DNA from: Pecten maximus
Lineage: Eukaryota
Reading direction: 5' to 3'
Assembly (NCBI RefSeq): GCF_902652985.1
Contig: NC_047020.1
Span: forward strand, 14,322,001-14,386,000
DNA: 64,000 bases
Part shown: in pieces, positions 23,820-37,477 of the stretch
Numbering within the stretch: the stretch's first letter is position 1
Layout of the letters: the number at the start of each line of letters is the position of its first letter
The notes under the pieces: model-generated
Databases searched by the model: none
What the model was told of the DNA's origin: nothing
The model's input: only the letters and a program-made list of their open reading frames with translations
Position numbers and translations under genes: made by a program

Positions 23820-26630
23820 TTATCGTTTCAGCATTTCTAAGACGGAATAATTGTGTTTCTTTTGCTTTGAAAAGTCAATGATAAGATCATGTTCCTTAGT
23901 TGGTATATCATTAACCTTCCGAGCACGAGACCGCCAAGACCCCGCTATGTCGTGTTGCACTGGAAGTACATGATCGTCATCAGGAGACGCCGGAGAGGGA
24001 GCGTCATCCTTAACAGCTTCTGTAGATCCTGATTCGAAAGTTTCCATAACTTCCTGTCTTCCAGAACTTTGTTTGTTTTTTGTCTTTACTTCTATGTCTG
24101 CAAAAGGCCAAGTCTGGACATATCTCTCAATAAGACTGCCGAGACATCCCTGGAAATGTATGTTATTAGTATCGACGGTGGGATCTGCTGCACTTTTGAA
24201 CAATACATTCCTAAACACCCAAGGTAAGAATCCGCCAGCCAGGGTGGCTAGAGTCTGATTGCTGTTGTTGACTTCGTACATATCCCCAAAAGCGATGACC
24301 ACCAACAGGACAAAGAGCAGGAAACCAATTATAACGAGAAAACCGGATATCGCACTAAACAGATTATTAAGCAACGGACCAGGACTTCCACAACAAGGCA
24401 TTTCTGAGGTTTCAAAGAAAAACTTCTGCGTGATATATGGTGTGTCTTTTTTGTCCAAGAACAAGATAAGTCGTTTTATTTTCCATTTCAAACGGTCATT
24501 CTTCACTACAAGTACTGGGCGGTTGGTGTACGTAGATTTAGAATCAGAAATGGGCTGTGAAATTGAACCGTGGACCTTAGCTGTCTCTGATTTTAACTGG
24601 AATGCTGTATTCTCTTGCTGATCTTCTGATTGCCATGACACCTTTTTGACCTCATCTTCAGATTTTGCCAAAACAGTAGAAAGCATGTTTTTGTTAAATA
24701 CTAGATACTTTTTAGATACACTTCCAAAACAGTCTTTCCCGTAAAGGAAAAGCATGAACACGAGGGATACGTACTGCATTGTATGTGTAGAGTTTAAGAT
24801 GATACCGATGACGGTATAGACAACAACTTCTACAAAGAATGTGATGCATTCTGTAACAAGAAATATGGTAGAGTACATTGTGATTAGGCACACCAAGATG
24901 ATGCTGATTTGGATACTTCTCCTTCTCAAGGACTGATGACCTGGGATATCAAATACAGTTTTAGATGTCAGGAATTCAATCTCAAAAAAGTCAATGAAAT
25001 GCGTGGCAACTGTGGACCGTAGTTGTTCATCTTGTGACCTCTTTGGGGGAAGGAAATTTATGACAAGGTGAATAATGAATCGAACTGTTAGATTGATCGT
25101 AGGGAAGAGGGACACCAGTAAAGTACATATGACAAACGGCACCGTTATCATCCAGTAAACTGGAGCTAGAATCAAAGCAAAAATTCCACATTTTTCGCAA
25201 GGTTTCATCAAAACCATTGCGCTCCACCCTACAGCTCGCATCGGCGAACGGTCGCGCATATCTCTGAAGCATTTCTTCAAAACAAAAACGAAATTGTCGG
25301 TAACTGTGTCTTTCAGGATACCTATCAGAAATATATCCACGACGATGAGTCCGTAACACACAAGGAAGACGACATGAAGAGGGTTTAACATCAATGTAAA
25401 ACTTCCACGGAATCCTAAAGTTAACCCGCGACTGATTGCAGCCTTCTGGTATAACGTATGATTTTTCTGTTCAAACAACATATAGACGACAACACGAATG
25501 ATCCAGGGACATACAATCATCACCATTATGACAAGGTCCATACATATTTGAAGACATTTGTACCAAGTCAGGTTGCACTTGTGCGTCAAAAAAGAACCAA
25601 ATATCTTGCTTCTACAACACTTGGTAAGAGATGTCCTTCTACTGATTTTGCATCGTAGTATAGTGTCGTAAAGTGTTTTGGCTATACCCACAGGCACGTA
25701 ATTCTCAGGAATAAGTCGACCACGCTGTACAAGAAAATGTATTGTTCTGATGGGAAGTTCGTATGTTTTGTCTTCCTCAATGTAGTCAACTAATTCTCTA
25801 AGGTTTGGCGATTCCCTCAGTGCAGAACTGGAAAGGACATTTGTCGCATTACTTGGCGGATGTTGTGTCTTCATTATCTGTAAATTGAACTCCGAGGCAA
25901 GTGTATGCTGATAAGGAATGAACCCCCGCGAAGCTCGGTATAAATGGGATGGAATAACAAGAGGCAGATACATGATTACAAAGAAGTTCAACACAACAAT
26001 ACAAGTAAGAAGAATGGTTGTCCAGAAGTCTCGAGTCATCTCAGAACACGAGACAGTACCTTTCTCGTCCTTTTGACAACAAACATAGTAGATCCTAGCT
26101 CCGCTTGGGGTGTCACGCAAACGTTTATTACACAGCTCCTCTTTTGTATTCCATGTAGAGTCGATATGTCTAGCCATTTTGAAATCGTTGAATACAAATG
26201 ACTCGGCGAGTTTCGAGAACATCGTTTGGTTGGCAACGCATCCGGGAATAGACTCTGCGATTTCGACTTTCAGATTCGACACGCCGTATGCAAGCGTTGT
26301 GAGAGATAGCATCGCGAATTCCTCCCTGAGCCACAACAGACCTCGTCCCTGTTTGCTTCGTATACGCATCCATAAGGATGGATCAAATATGTCACCGTCG
26401 CTCGCATTCCAAGTAGCAGTTATATTTGACGAGGACAGATGTATAGCAATTAGATTCGTCCCTTGATCCAAAATCACACGGAGTGCTTTAAGTATTTCCT
26501 GATCATTTGTAGAAAGCATACACTGCGATGAAGAATTTGCTGAAGACGTTTTAGTCGTTGAACTACCAATTCCATGGTCGTGTCCCACAGATAAATGGAT
26601 GACGAAAAATGATACAAGTATGACTAACAT
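23820..26630 (-). CDS. Uncharacterised multi-pass membrane protein (~936 aa), uninterrupted ORF nested antisense in calpain intron 5
   Basis: 2.8-kb stop-free ORF in AT-rich DNA. First ATG at 26630 gives signal-like MLVILVSFFVIHLSVG; a Cys-rich ectodomain follows, then roughly 8-10 hydrophobic segments. The ORF-track start at 26720 is a GTG. Confidence 0.85.
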   Translation of the reverse strand: MLVILVSFFVIHLSVGHDHGIGSSTTKTSSANSSSQCMLSTNDQEILKALRVILDQGTNLIAIHLSSSNITATWNASDGDIFDPSLWMRIRSKQGRGLLWLREEFAMLSLTTLAYGVSNLKVEIAESIPGCVANQTMFSKLAESFVFNDFKMARHIDSTWNTKEELCNKRLRDTPSGARIYYVCCQKDEKGTVSCSEMTRDFWTTILLTCIVVLNFFVIMYLPLVIPSHLYRASRGFIPYQHTLASEFNLQIMKTQHPPSNATNVLSSSALRESPNLRELVDYIEEDKTYELPIRTIHFLVQRGRLIPENYVPVGIAKTLYDTILRCKISRRTSLTKCCRSKIFGSFLTHKCNLTWYKCLQICMDLVIMVMIVCPWIIRVVVYMLFEQKNHTLYQKAAISRGLTLGFRGSFTLMLNPLHVVFLVCYGLIVVDIFLIGILKDTVTDNFVFVLKKCFRDMRDRSPMRAVGWSAMVLMKPCEKCGIFALILAPVYWMITVPFVICTLLVSLFPTINLTVRFIIHLVINFLPPKRSQDEQLRSTVATHFIDFFEIEFLTSKTVFDIPGHQSLRRRSIQISIILVCLITMYSTIFLVTECITFFVEVVVYTVIGIILNSTHTMQYVSLVFMLFLYGKDCFGSVSKKYLVFNKNMLSTVLAKSEDEVKKVSWQSEDQQENTAFQLKSETAKVHGSISQPISDSKSTYTNRPVLVVKNDRLKWKIKRLILFLDKKDTPYITQKFFFETSEMPCCGSPGPLLNNLFSAISGFLVIIGFLLFVLLVVIAFGDMYEVNNSNQTLATLAGGFLPWVFRNVLFKSAADPTVDTNNIHFQGCLGSLIERYVQTWPFADIEVKTKNKQSSGRQEVMETFESGSTEAVKDDAPSPASPDDDHVLPVQHDIAGSWRSRARKVNDIPTKEHDLIIDFSKQKKHNYSVLEMLKR

Positions 26631-29461
26631 ACTGATGTATTTATCTTCGACTGTAGCTATGTCTGTCACGTTATATAACACAGCAAGCACTTGGCAGTTT
26701 AGAATGACAGAGCTGAACACGGTCAGTGGGTTGAACTCAAATGGTGTTCAAATAATAATTCGATCCTTACATAATACGATTTAAATAAATACAAAGGCGC
26801 TTTGATCTTCTGTAACCAAATACAACATAACGTCTTCAAGGCTGCGTGACGGTAGCACATTGTAGGGTACCCGGGTTTCTCACATGCAATGGTACATTTA
26901 ACGGCATAGCGCGCATTACTGTTTTGTTTGTTCATATATTGATATGCACATGTATAATTCCAACATATACAGTTCTCCTCGTACAAATATTTCTTGAAGG
27001 GAATAATAAACTCTTTAAACTTAATCAAAACATATATAGTAACTATACATGCTAATAAGAATATACACATATTTAGCTCTATTTGTAAATAAAAAAATAT
27101 CTTCTAGTTATAGTCCCGATGTCTGAAACAATGTATGACAAATGAACAGGATTGCATCAAGCTTAGATATATTTATCATTACTCATTTTGGCATATATGT
27201 TTAAAGTTGTTTAATATAATTACACATCAAATATTGATATAGCGTTTTACATAGTAATGATATCCTAATGTGCATGCTTAAATTGCAAAGTTATCGCTAT
27301 TAAACATACCAGACTAAATTTGGTAATACAATGTACCTTATTAAGGTGACGAGCGTAACCCATCGATATATTCTTTTAAGGTTTCATACTTCACTAAAAA
27401 CAAACAAAGACTATAACAGGATTGGAGATAACGAAGGACTTCGCCAGACATGATTGACAATCAGCTGTGACGAGCTGCCCCTGAGAGTTTCATAAACCTT
27501 TCAACTTATCTCCAAATTACAACAATATGTATTTATTTTATATGCACATGTATAACTAGAATATATATATGGAATAAATCTAATGCAGCAGGATCATTTC
27601 TAGTTTTTGATGGTACTATTTCTTATGTATTTAAAAAAAATGTTTTAAATATAATTGATTCTTTTTATTTCCTGTTAAGCTAATCAAACAGTCTATTTAA
27701 GACTGGAGCAGAACACCTCGAAATGTCGTAACCTGCCTTACGCATTGTACAAACACATTGGGTATTCGGCAGCGGAAGTCCTTTGTTCCATTATATTGAT
27801 AAAAAGATAAGTAAACAGACCTTCTGTGTTATGAAAACATGAATACCTGATTACATAGCTGACTCATTTTAAGAATATTTATTGCAAAGATCTTCATTTC
27901 AAATTTTCGCATTCGATTGATTAAAACTATATACATATGTAGTAAGACTACTGAAATGTGGCGATTGGATGAAACATGTAATGTATTTACATATTTAGTT
28001 ATGTGACCTGAAATGACATTGATAGTTACTAATGGCTGTCATGGTGTTACATACATCTTACGTTTAGGGGTTAATAATGTGACCGACATACCCTTTTTAA
28101 CTACTTTCTTTGAAAAATACACTGATGAATATAATTACGAAGTAGAGTAATTGTTTTTAAATTAAGCATACGATTGTATGTTACATAGCATTTTGATAGA
28201 TAAATCATAGCCGTGTCCACAAATACTTTATATTTAAATGTGCTAAACTTATATTCAACCTTATTGCTTACCCGCTAGGCCTACTCATTCTTGTCATATT
28301 ATATTTAGTCATTTTTTGTCGACATCCCGCAGTTTGTCACTGCGCCAAACATGTGAACCGACAATGCAAGCTTACAGTCAAATGTTTATCAGAATAACTG
28401 GTGCCTTGAATGAAGATTTTTACAGAGACACGAGACCTATGATCCAAAACGTTTAGCGTAAATATTAAACTGAGGCCTAATCGTCGGCGCGCATGCAAAA
28501 CTCGTGTTATTACAATGAATTAAATCTTTGCCGATACCACAGATCAGTCTGCACTTCAAAATCAGAATAAAATTGCATGATATAGAGCTCTGAAGTTATG
28601 GAAATATGTACACAAAAATGTTCGGTGGCGGGTTCCCTCTTCACCACGATTTCACCTAGATTCAGGCAGAAATACTGGTACTCTGGTAAACTGCCGAAAC
28701 GTTCCGGGAAACAGCTCGTCATCTAATGTAACGAGTCTATCCGAGCTACATCTTGAGTTTCTGGGCTTCTCTGATTGGTCTTTCGTCATATATATATTCA
28801 GAGTTTGATCGAAAAACAAGCTTTATATAGAACTTGAAATTGTGGATCCAATAAGTTGGTTTTGGGATACACGCTAATTTCATTTTTCCCGAGAAAGAAA
28901 AACGACTAAGCTATACAATTTTATTCATTAACATGTATTGTGTCTTAACCAAATTAAAAGTGAAGACCCAATAAAATTTCCCAAGATCCAAGAACTCGAG
29001 GATAACATTGACCATGGACCAAAAGTTATGCCTTTATAAAACTATGTAATTAATTAGAAAACATCTTATATGGTGTACAGATAGTATAAATAGATAGTCA
29101 AATAAAAAGTTAAAAAAAAAAAACAAAACAAAACAAAAAATACAAAAAAACCCACAAAAAACCCCACAAAAAAACCCAAAGTTGAAGCGAAGTGATGACA
29201 GTGCATGTGATGTAGCAAATGTTTTGTTTATCTCAGCAGTTAATTGCGCCCCACAGAACTCGGCCAAAACTGCGGGCAGCGGGTGGTAGCAATGACAATG
29301 TCATGTTGCAATCAGTATGATTTAAATATCTTATTCCTGACTAAAGATAGTATGTTTTAATGAATAGAGAAAAATAAAGTAAACAATTGAAATAATTAAT
29401 TCAATGTATTAAACGTTATTATTTCATGCCAATACCTAAATATGAAAATATTGATATGAAG

Positions 29462-29590
29462 GTTTTTAATGGGGACATCTTGTGGGACACGGAATATGAA
29501 ACCTAGCGAACTACAACACTACGACACTATGGGACTGATACCTAACCACGCCTACTCACTGTTAGACATTCAGGATGTAGCAGGAAATCG
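29462..29590 (+). CDS. CAPN15: Calpain-15-like exon 6 (catalytic His)
   Basis: FLMGTSCG...MGLIPNHAYSLLDI. Confidence 0.95.
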
Positions 29591-30087
29591 GTGAGCTATC
29601 ATGCAATCTAAGAAAAATTATCTCCCTTTGATTGTATCGGAGTGTATTGCTTTTTATTGATACTTAGTTATTTATCTTGCAAAATTATATTATTATAAAC
29701 TTATTAGAAAGAGTAATCAGTCATCTATCTTGGGGATATTTTCCAGGCCTTATCACTACTAAAATTATATTTTAATAGTGTATTTAGTAAAGGTTGTAAA
29801 TATATTTTTCACCAATATTTGATTTTTCACATATACAAATAGAGATTCTCCAACACGTTGAAATTGCTCATCATGTTTATTTAACTTGAGGCAGTTGATT
29901 TTCAGAACAGACACGAGCTTAATCTTTCGTCCATGAATTGTCACTATTAAAAATAGTCCTTAGTATCAAGCTATTAAACATTAAATATCATCTAGTTAAT
30001 ATTCTTCAATTTGCCGCTTTTAGAATTTATTATCAAATACAAACACGGTTGCATTATCTACATACCAAACTTAATCTATCTATCTAG

Positions 30088-30249
30088 GTTGGTAAAAATT
30101 CGGAATCCTTGGGGTACAGTTTCTTGGAAAGGCAGCTGGTCTGACAACTCCTCTAAATGGTCACAAGTCAGTGAGTGGTCAAAGAAAGACATACAACTGG
30201 AGGGAAATGACAAGGGGATATTCTGGATGTGCCTTCCAGACTTTATGCG
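30088..30249 (+). CDS. CAPN15: Calpain-15-like exon 7 (catalytic Asn)
   Basis: LVKIRNPWGTVSWKGSWSD...GIFWM. Confidence 0.95.
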
Positions 30250-30661
30250 GTATATATTGATATACTATATGTGTACTAGATATAATTGTTGGTGAAAATT
30301 GGGTTTTTTTTCCGACTTTCACGTTATCAAGCTGCTCTCATTTTATTTTCTAGTAGTTTTTGTGTAAAAGGAGAGGGTCACTGTGACCTTGCACATAGTG
30401 ATAAACATGGTATCCGTCACTGAGCTGACGGAACAAGCTTGTTTTGCTTCTTACTTTTATTATGTTAAAAATGATAATATAAAATATAGAAAATGCTGCA
30501 AATGTGTAGGAGAAGGATCACTAAGTTTTACGTTCGCTGCATTTGTATTTGAAAACTTTGGATATTTTATGGCGATTAATAAAATGTATCGTTCTTATTT
30601 TATATACTAGTAATACTATAACATTTCCTATTTTATAGGATAATCCGCTTGCTTGTTACAG

Positions 30662-30823
30662 ATATTTTGATAGTGTCGAGGTGTGCAAAGCTCGACCTAA
30701 ATGGAACGAGCTACGCATCAAAGGATCGTTCCCTCCTCATGCAGATCAGCCTTGGAAATTTATCACTCTGAACATTCACAACAAGACAAAAATGGACCTC
30801 TGTTTATTTCAAAGGACTGTTCG
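30662..30823 (+). CDS. CAPN15: Calpain-15-like exon 8
   Basis: YFDSVEVCK..W.ELRIKGSFP...LCLFQ. Confidence 0.9.
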
Positions 30824-31016
30824 GTATGCAGAATAGATCGTTAATACCTGTTATGCGTAATACTGCAGGCTAACAAATTGAATAAAAATAAAATTTTGGA
30901 CATTCGATTATATGTAAAGACGGAGGCATTTATTTGTATATTCAATGGCACTATTTGTATGCGTAATTGCATCATGTCTTGTATTGTAAAGGCAGATTTA
31001 CTATTTTGTTTGACAG

Positions 31017-31213
31017 CGGCGAAGGACTAGCGAAGGAGCCATTTGTCGATATGATGATCGTCGTCATGGCGAATACTAAATCGAAAGACAAAGTGCTGTC
31101 GAAAGTTATATGTAACAGCCGTCGTGCAGCCAAACCGTTTACTGGATGTGAGGTGGAACTTGAACCGGGAACATACACTGTGGCGTGCCTAGCGTTCAAA
31201 CACTGGCAAACAG
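31017..31213 (+). CDS. CAPN15: Calpain-15-like exon 9
   Basis: SRRAAKPFTGCEVELEPGTYTVACLAFKHW (SOL-homology region). Confidence 0.9.
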
Positions 31214-31487
31214 GTCAAGATGTTATTAAGTTTTGAAATAAATTACTATTTTCACTAAAGCTACAATGTAAAGGGCGATATGAACAAATTATTGATCGAC
31301 AAAAAAAAAAAAAAAAAAAAAAGGGGGGGGGGGGGGGGGGGTTGGTTACAAAACAAAGGGTTACTGGAACATGTCCCTGATGTGACCATGGTGTTGATCA
31401 TCTTCTGTAGTCTTCTTCAACCTGTTTTAGTTTTATGAATGTAACGTACATTATGCAGGTAATGAATATATCAAAGTATTTTCATAG

Positions 31488-31672
31488 GTGTACCAATGTC
31501 TTCCTCCCTACGCATGGCTACGATTGAGGCTCTCAACAAGGACTTTGTTCTGACCATACACAGCTCTGGGACAATCCAGTCAGAAGAATTCGACACTAGC
31601 AGTCCCACGTGCAAATTTAATCTGGCTGATGTCATCATTCTTTTAGCTGTTGATAAGGGAACTAAACAAGAG
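31488..31672 (+). CDS. CAPN15: Calpain-15-like exon 10
   Basis: FVLTIHSS...LADVIILLAVDKG; phase-consistent. Confidence 0.88.
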
Positions 31673-32809
31673 GTGTGTAACAACATGTCATAACTATTGT
31701 CTTAGAACTGGAATTTTAACCTTTTACATGAATTCATACTTTCTTGCTTTTCTTTTTGTGTATCTATTGAATCAATATCGGGTCTATTTTGTTTAAAATG
31801 CAAGAAAATCATAGTTTCCTTTTAAGATTAAAATATTTTATTAGTATGAGAGGGATAACTCGTTATCGAGCAGATATGCCGAAGACGATAAATAAGCACC
31901 TCTTTGTGGAATATAATAATTATATCAAACACACGAATTCAACAAGTAATGCGTATACACATGTAGCTCGAATTATCGCAATCATTATCTGTGAAATTAT
32001 TTTTATCAGTTTATATCGATGAATGAATTTGAAATTAGTAATAGCGATATTTAATTACTCAGGAAATTAAGAAAACACTAGCTTGTTGAATCACTTTCGT
32101 ACTGATTTAGTTTGGAATTTTATGCTGGTATAAAGGCAACTGCATACTATCTACATGTACGTATATTGTACTGTAAATCACTTATATTTCGCGTGGGATT
32201 TATTTTCGCGTTAATTCGCGAGGAGAGTCAAACGCGGATTCAAATCTGTCGCGAATATTTGTATAAGAATGACAAGAATACTAAGTGGCGTCCATTTTTA
32301 ATCTACCGTAATCTTTAGTTGGTGAGCAAACATCGCCGTTAAAATAATGATAGAATGATAGTTTATATACTTATATCAGAGTGTGTTTTTATATCACAAA
32401 ACACCAAAATTTCACACACAAAAAAAACCCCACTGAACACTGATATTGTGGTTGAACTCGGACTAAATTAACTTCTAGACTACATTTTACATGTAGTTAA
32501 TTTAAGTAAAATAGGTACGGTCCCGAGGATCCTGGATGGTCACCCGGAATACGTCGTAAGTTATGTAAGGTTACATGTACATGTATGCATAGCACTTCAC
32601 ATCGGTTGATTCTCGAAAAGATATTTACCATAACAAAGTTGAAATCAAACAAATTATTTATTTAATTCAAACATTCAGAGCAAATAATCCCTTGGAGTAT
32701 AAATCATTCGCAATAGAGAACTGTTCATCGGTATCACTGTATATACACGTACGTTAATTACAATGTACGTTAACTCACAACATATTGTAGTCCCGTCATC
32801 TTCCAGGCA

Positions 32810-32941
32810 TTTTTTTTTATTTTTAAGTTTTTATTTTTTTCAAGATTTTTTTCATAAAAACAATACATTTGAAACATATATGCACATACATTCTCATACT
32901 TACACCCACAGTAACTATAATCCTTACTCATGATTCAATAA

Positions 32942-32980
<39 letters not shown>

Positions 32981-35900
32981 TATCATCATCATCCTACTCC
33001 TCATCATCATCATCGGTTCATCATCATCATCACCCTCATCACCATCGATTCATCATCATCATCAAAAGAATCACACTTAATCATCATCATCATCTATCAT
33101 GATATCATCATCCATACTTAAATCAATATAATTATCATTTTTTTCATCACAATAAAACATTATCGTCCTTATCATCACACAAAAAACATCATCCTCATCA
33201 CCATCACTTTAAGCTAACATCTATACAGACATCATTCTTGTCATCATCCTATTAAGAGAAATTATCCTTTTCATCGTAATTATCATCAATAACATCATCT
33301 TACATTCATCATTCAATCACAACAATTGAGTATCATCATCATCTTTACATTTTATTATCAAGTTTATTTTCATCATCATATGATGTGGAGTTAATCATAA
33401 AGAACTTGAACCACAAGCCTCACATCTACTTACATCCTTTACATATTAACACACATACATAACCTAACCTAAATGTATACAGAGTGAGAGAGAAGCAGAC
33501 AGACGCACCAGCACACAGACAAGACAGACAGAAAGACACACACATAGACACAGACAGACGCACCATCACACAGACAGACAGACACAAACACATAGACACA
33601 GACAGACACACGCATAGACACAGACAGGCGCACCATCACACAGACAAGACAGACACTCGCACAGACAGACGCATACTCGGACACACAATCACACAGAGAA
33701 CACACACACAGAGACAGACAAACACGACAGAAGCATGGGAGAAAATTTCTTTAAATGGTAAAAATAAAAAGTATTGGAAAGGAGCTAGAACAGGCGATGT
33801 CAGTCTTTGGGGATATAAAGCTATATATGCAAAGAGGAACAATCTTTTTCAGATGACTATAGATCTAGGACAGGTTTCCATTTCTTCCAATTAAGTTCAA
33901 ATTGCCTTTTAATTTTCTCACTTTTACTGTAATTTATATATTGTTGAATCAAAAAATGATCTTTGATGACATTAATAAGCGCATTGAGATTTAAAGAGTT
34001 GCTGAGACATCTAGTTTTATAAATATAATGCTTCATAAGAATTAAAATTTCGTTATCAACATTACTGCAGTACTGTGATACTATACCAAACAGGAAGGAT
34101 TCTTTATTATAAGCAAATGGAATTAAAAGTGCATCAAGTAATGCTTCAAATCTCTGTAATAGTGACTGAACCTCTTGGCATTCCCATAAGCAATGCACTA
34201 TTGTTTCACGCTCCATACAACATAAGTTACATAAAATACTAGGACTTAAGTTTATTTTAAAAAGAAAAGTGTTTGTTACCAAAATATGGTGTATAATTCT
34301 CACTTGGAACCATTGTAATTTAGAACTTTTGGTAACTATAAAAGGAAGTTTGAATATTTTGGCCCATTTATTTTGATCAATAATGAATTCTTGGTTCCAT
34401 TTTCTTGTTCCAGTAGGTATGGATATTGGCGCAATAAGGCATTTGTAAAAATCAAACCTTTTCACTCTTAAAAAATATGTCAAATAGAAAAGGTATAAAA
34501 GGCTGTTGAGGTCTTTGTATCAGGAAATCATTTTTTTTCAAAAAGTGTTTGATAGCTGAAACTAGTCCATGGTATTGGAGAAAATTTGTGTTTATAGTTC
34601 GAAAATTATGTCTGAACTCTCCAAAAGAAAGAAAAGCTAAATTATCTGAATCTTTAATTAAATCATTTATTGTTAATATGCCCACATCAAACCAGTTTTG
34701 ATAAAAAAAAACATACTTGTTGTTTACCTTGATATCATTATTATACCAGATGGGTGATTTTAAAATTGAGTCTGGTTTTGGAAGCCTAATAGAATCAGAA
34801 TTATTAAGTCTATTTGATGATTTAAACACATCCCTCCAAAAAAAGTTTTTACAATTGGATCTACACAAATCAATATGTTCCTTTCCACAGTTACATAGTT
34901 TTCTAAAATCAACATATGTATTTAAAATTAATTTCCACTTACCAGATGAGTGAAATAATCTTCTTACCCAACCTAACTCCAGAGAGTCAATAAAAGAATG
35001 AACATCAATCATCTTTAAACCCCCATCAATATAATCTTGAATAACATCTTTTTTATTTATTTTATGGCATTTACTATTCCATTAATTTAAATAAAAAAAC
35101 AGAGAATTTAACTGGGCAATCAACTTTTCTGGAGGGTTTGGCAAAGTAATGAACAAATAGTTAAGTTGTGAAATCAACAGAGATTTAATAATATTAATTT
35201 TACCTAATGGTGTCAAATTCCTTCTTTTCCATAAGTTAATAAGAGATTTAAGTTTTACAATTTTTTGTTAAAATTCATTTTAGAAATTTTATCCAGATCA
35301 ACAGAAAATTCTATCCCTAAGAAAGTGAACTTGTGTTGTCCCCACAGCAGATTTACTTCAGGCAAAAAAGTGTCTTCACTATATTTCCTACTTCCTATCC
35401 ATATCACCTGAGATTTATTAGAATTAATTCTTAGACCAGATATCTTAGCATAAGTAGTTAGTTCAAAAATAGATTCTCTCAGCGACTCTTTAGATCCATC
35501 CAATATCAGACCTGTATCATCTGCATACTGTACATTTAGAATAGGAGAATTTTCAATATTAATTCCCTTTATGAGATTATTATTTTTAATTTTTGCTGCT
35601 AAAACTTCGGCACAGAGAATAAAAATGTATGGTGCGATTGGATCTCCTTGTCGACATCCACGTTGAATCTTAATATGTTTTGATATGCTGCCACTTTGAT
35701 TGATAGATGCACTTACATTATTATGAAGAGTATTTATCCATTTCCTTATATCTTTCCCAAAGTTGAAATAGCCTAGAACCTTATCTATGAACGCCCATGA
35801 AACCGAATCGAAAGCTTTTTAGAAATCTACCATCAATAACATTCCTGGTATGTTGTGTTCCTCTGCATACTGCATTACATCATAGACTGTACGAATATTT

Positions 35901-37477
35901 TCCTCTATATATCTACCTGATAAAAACCCTGTCTGATCCTCATTAATAATATTACCCAAAACTGTTCTTATACGATGTGAGATTACCCCAGAAGCTGTTT
36001 TATAAGTTATATTTAAAAGTGTGATGGGTCTCCAATTTTTTAAAAAAATGTCGAGGTTTATCTCCCTTGGGAATACAAGTAATTATACCATGTCTTTGTG
36101 TTACTGAACATTGACTGACTGAAAACCCATAATTTAAAGATCGAACAACAAAATGACCTAAATACTTCCAAAATACTTTAAAAAAAACTCAGATGTGAAA
36201 CCATCAGACCCTGGACTTTTATTACTTTTCATCTCTTTTAGTGTTTCCCAGCTTCATCAAATGTTATAATACATGTACCCTCTAGACTGTCAGATTCATG
36301 ATTACTTAACCTTGACATGTTACAATTTTGGAGATGTGCTTCTAAATCTATATTTTCCACTTCCATATATCTATATAAATCTTCATAAAATGACTGTACC
36401 TCTGATAAAATGTCTTCTTGTTTCGTTATAAAATGATTATGTTCTGTCTGAATTTTTGGAATAATTTTGGAAGTATAATTTCTGTTTTCAAGATTAAAAA
36501 AGTAAGAAGTAGGTTTTTCTCCCTCCTCTATCCATTTTGCCCTAGATCTAATGATACTACCTCTAACCTTTTTCAAACGAATAGACTCTAATTCTTTTCT
36601 TTTCTCATCTTATTGTGCATGATCTGGATGTTTCAGCCTCAGTAATTGCTATGAATTTCTTAATATTTTCCTCTCTGAGATTTAACTGCTTTTTCCTGTA
36701 AGAAGAATATGAAATAGATTTGCCCCTTATTTCCATTAATAAAGTTTCTAAAAAAAGTTGATCATTTAAGAGGAATTGAATATCACAATCAGGAATAAGA
36801 TTTAGAGAATCATGGTTTTAAACAGGTAGACAATATTGTAATTTAATACTGTCAATACATTTTTTTACTAAATCAAGAAAGTCTGATTCATATAATAAAG
36901 AGTTGTTAAATTTCCAAATACCTTTCCCTTTCTTAAATTTGTTAAAAGTTATAGTTAATAGAGGGGTAGAGTGGTCAGATCTATAACCTGGTTCTATTGA
37001 TGACATATTTACACTTGACGAGAGATTCGGAGACAAGAAAAAAATCTAGTCTGGCCTGCTTTAATTGATTAGCACGCCTCCAAGTATAACGCCTAGTATC
37101 AGGGTGGTGTTCCCTATAAATGTCAATAAGATTATTATTTTCAATAATTTCCAATACCTTTTCCCTCGCAGTACTATTATTTACAAATCTATAATTATTA
37201 TCATAATCTAATGATGGTTTTAAAACTAAGTTAAAATCCCCACATATGATAATGTTCTCATTTCCAAAACTATCCACTATTTCAGTTACTTGATTGTAAA
37301 AATCTGGGGTATCCTGCTTTGGACCATATAAGGAAATAAGAGTTGTCCTAGACCCATCAATATCAATATCAAGAGCAAGAACATTACCCTGTAAATCGCA
37401 CTTTTCTCTATGTACCTTGGCCTCGAAATTATTGTTTAAAAGGATTGCCACCCCACGTGAATTTAATGAGCCGTGGG
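32810..37477 (-). mobile_element. L1/Tx1-clade LINE ORF2 (APE endonuclease + RT + C-terminal Zn motif), 5'-truncated and frameshifted
   Basis: SRGVAIL, IICGDFNL, ARLDFFL, YRSDH (APE); RGCRQGDPIAPYIF and QYADD (about 35514-35662); CNLC...ETIVHCLWEC; stop at 33857; microsatellite-rich 3' UTR; A-rich tail at about 32810-32850. Confidence 0.92.
32940..33730. repeat. (CAT)n and (CAGA/CA)n microsatellites in the LINE 3' UTR
   Basis: catcatcat runs 32940-33380; acagacagacac runs 33490-33730. Confidence 0.9.

Noticed and set aside
32869-33894. Ser/His-rich and Cys/Val-rich ORFs
   Set aside because: Microsatellites in the LINE 3' UTR.
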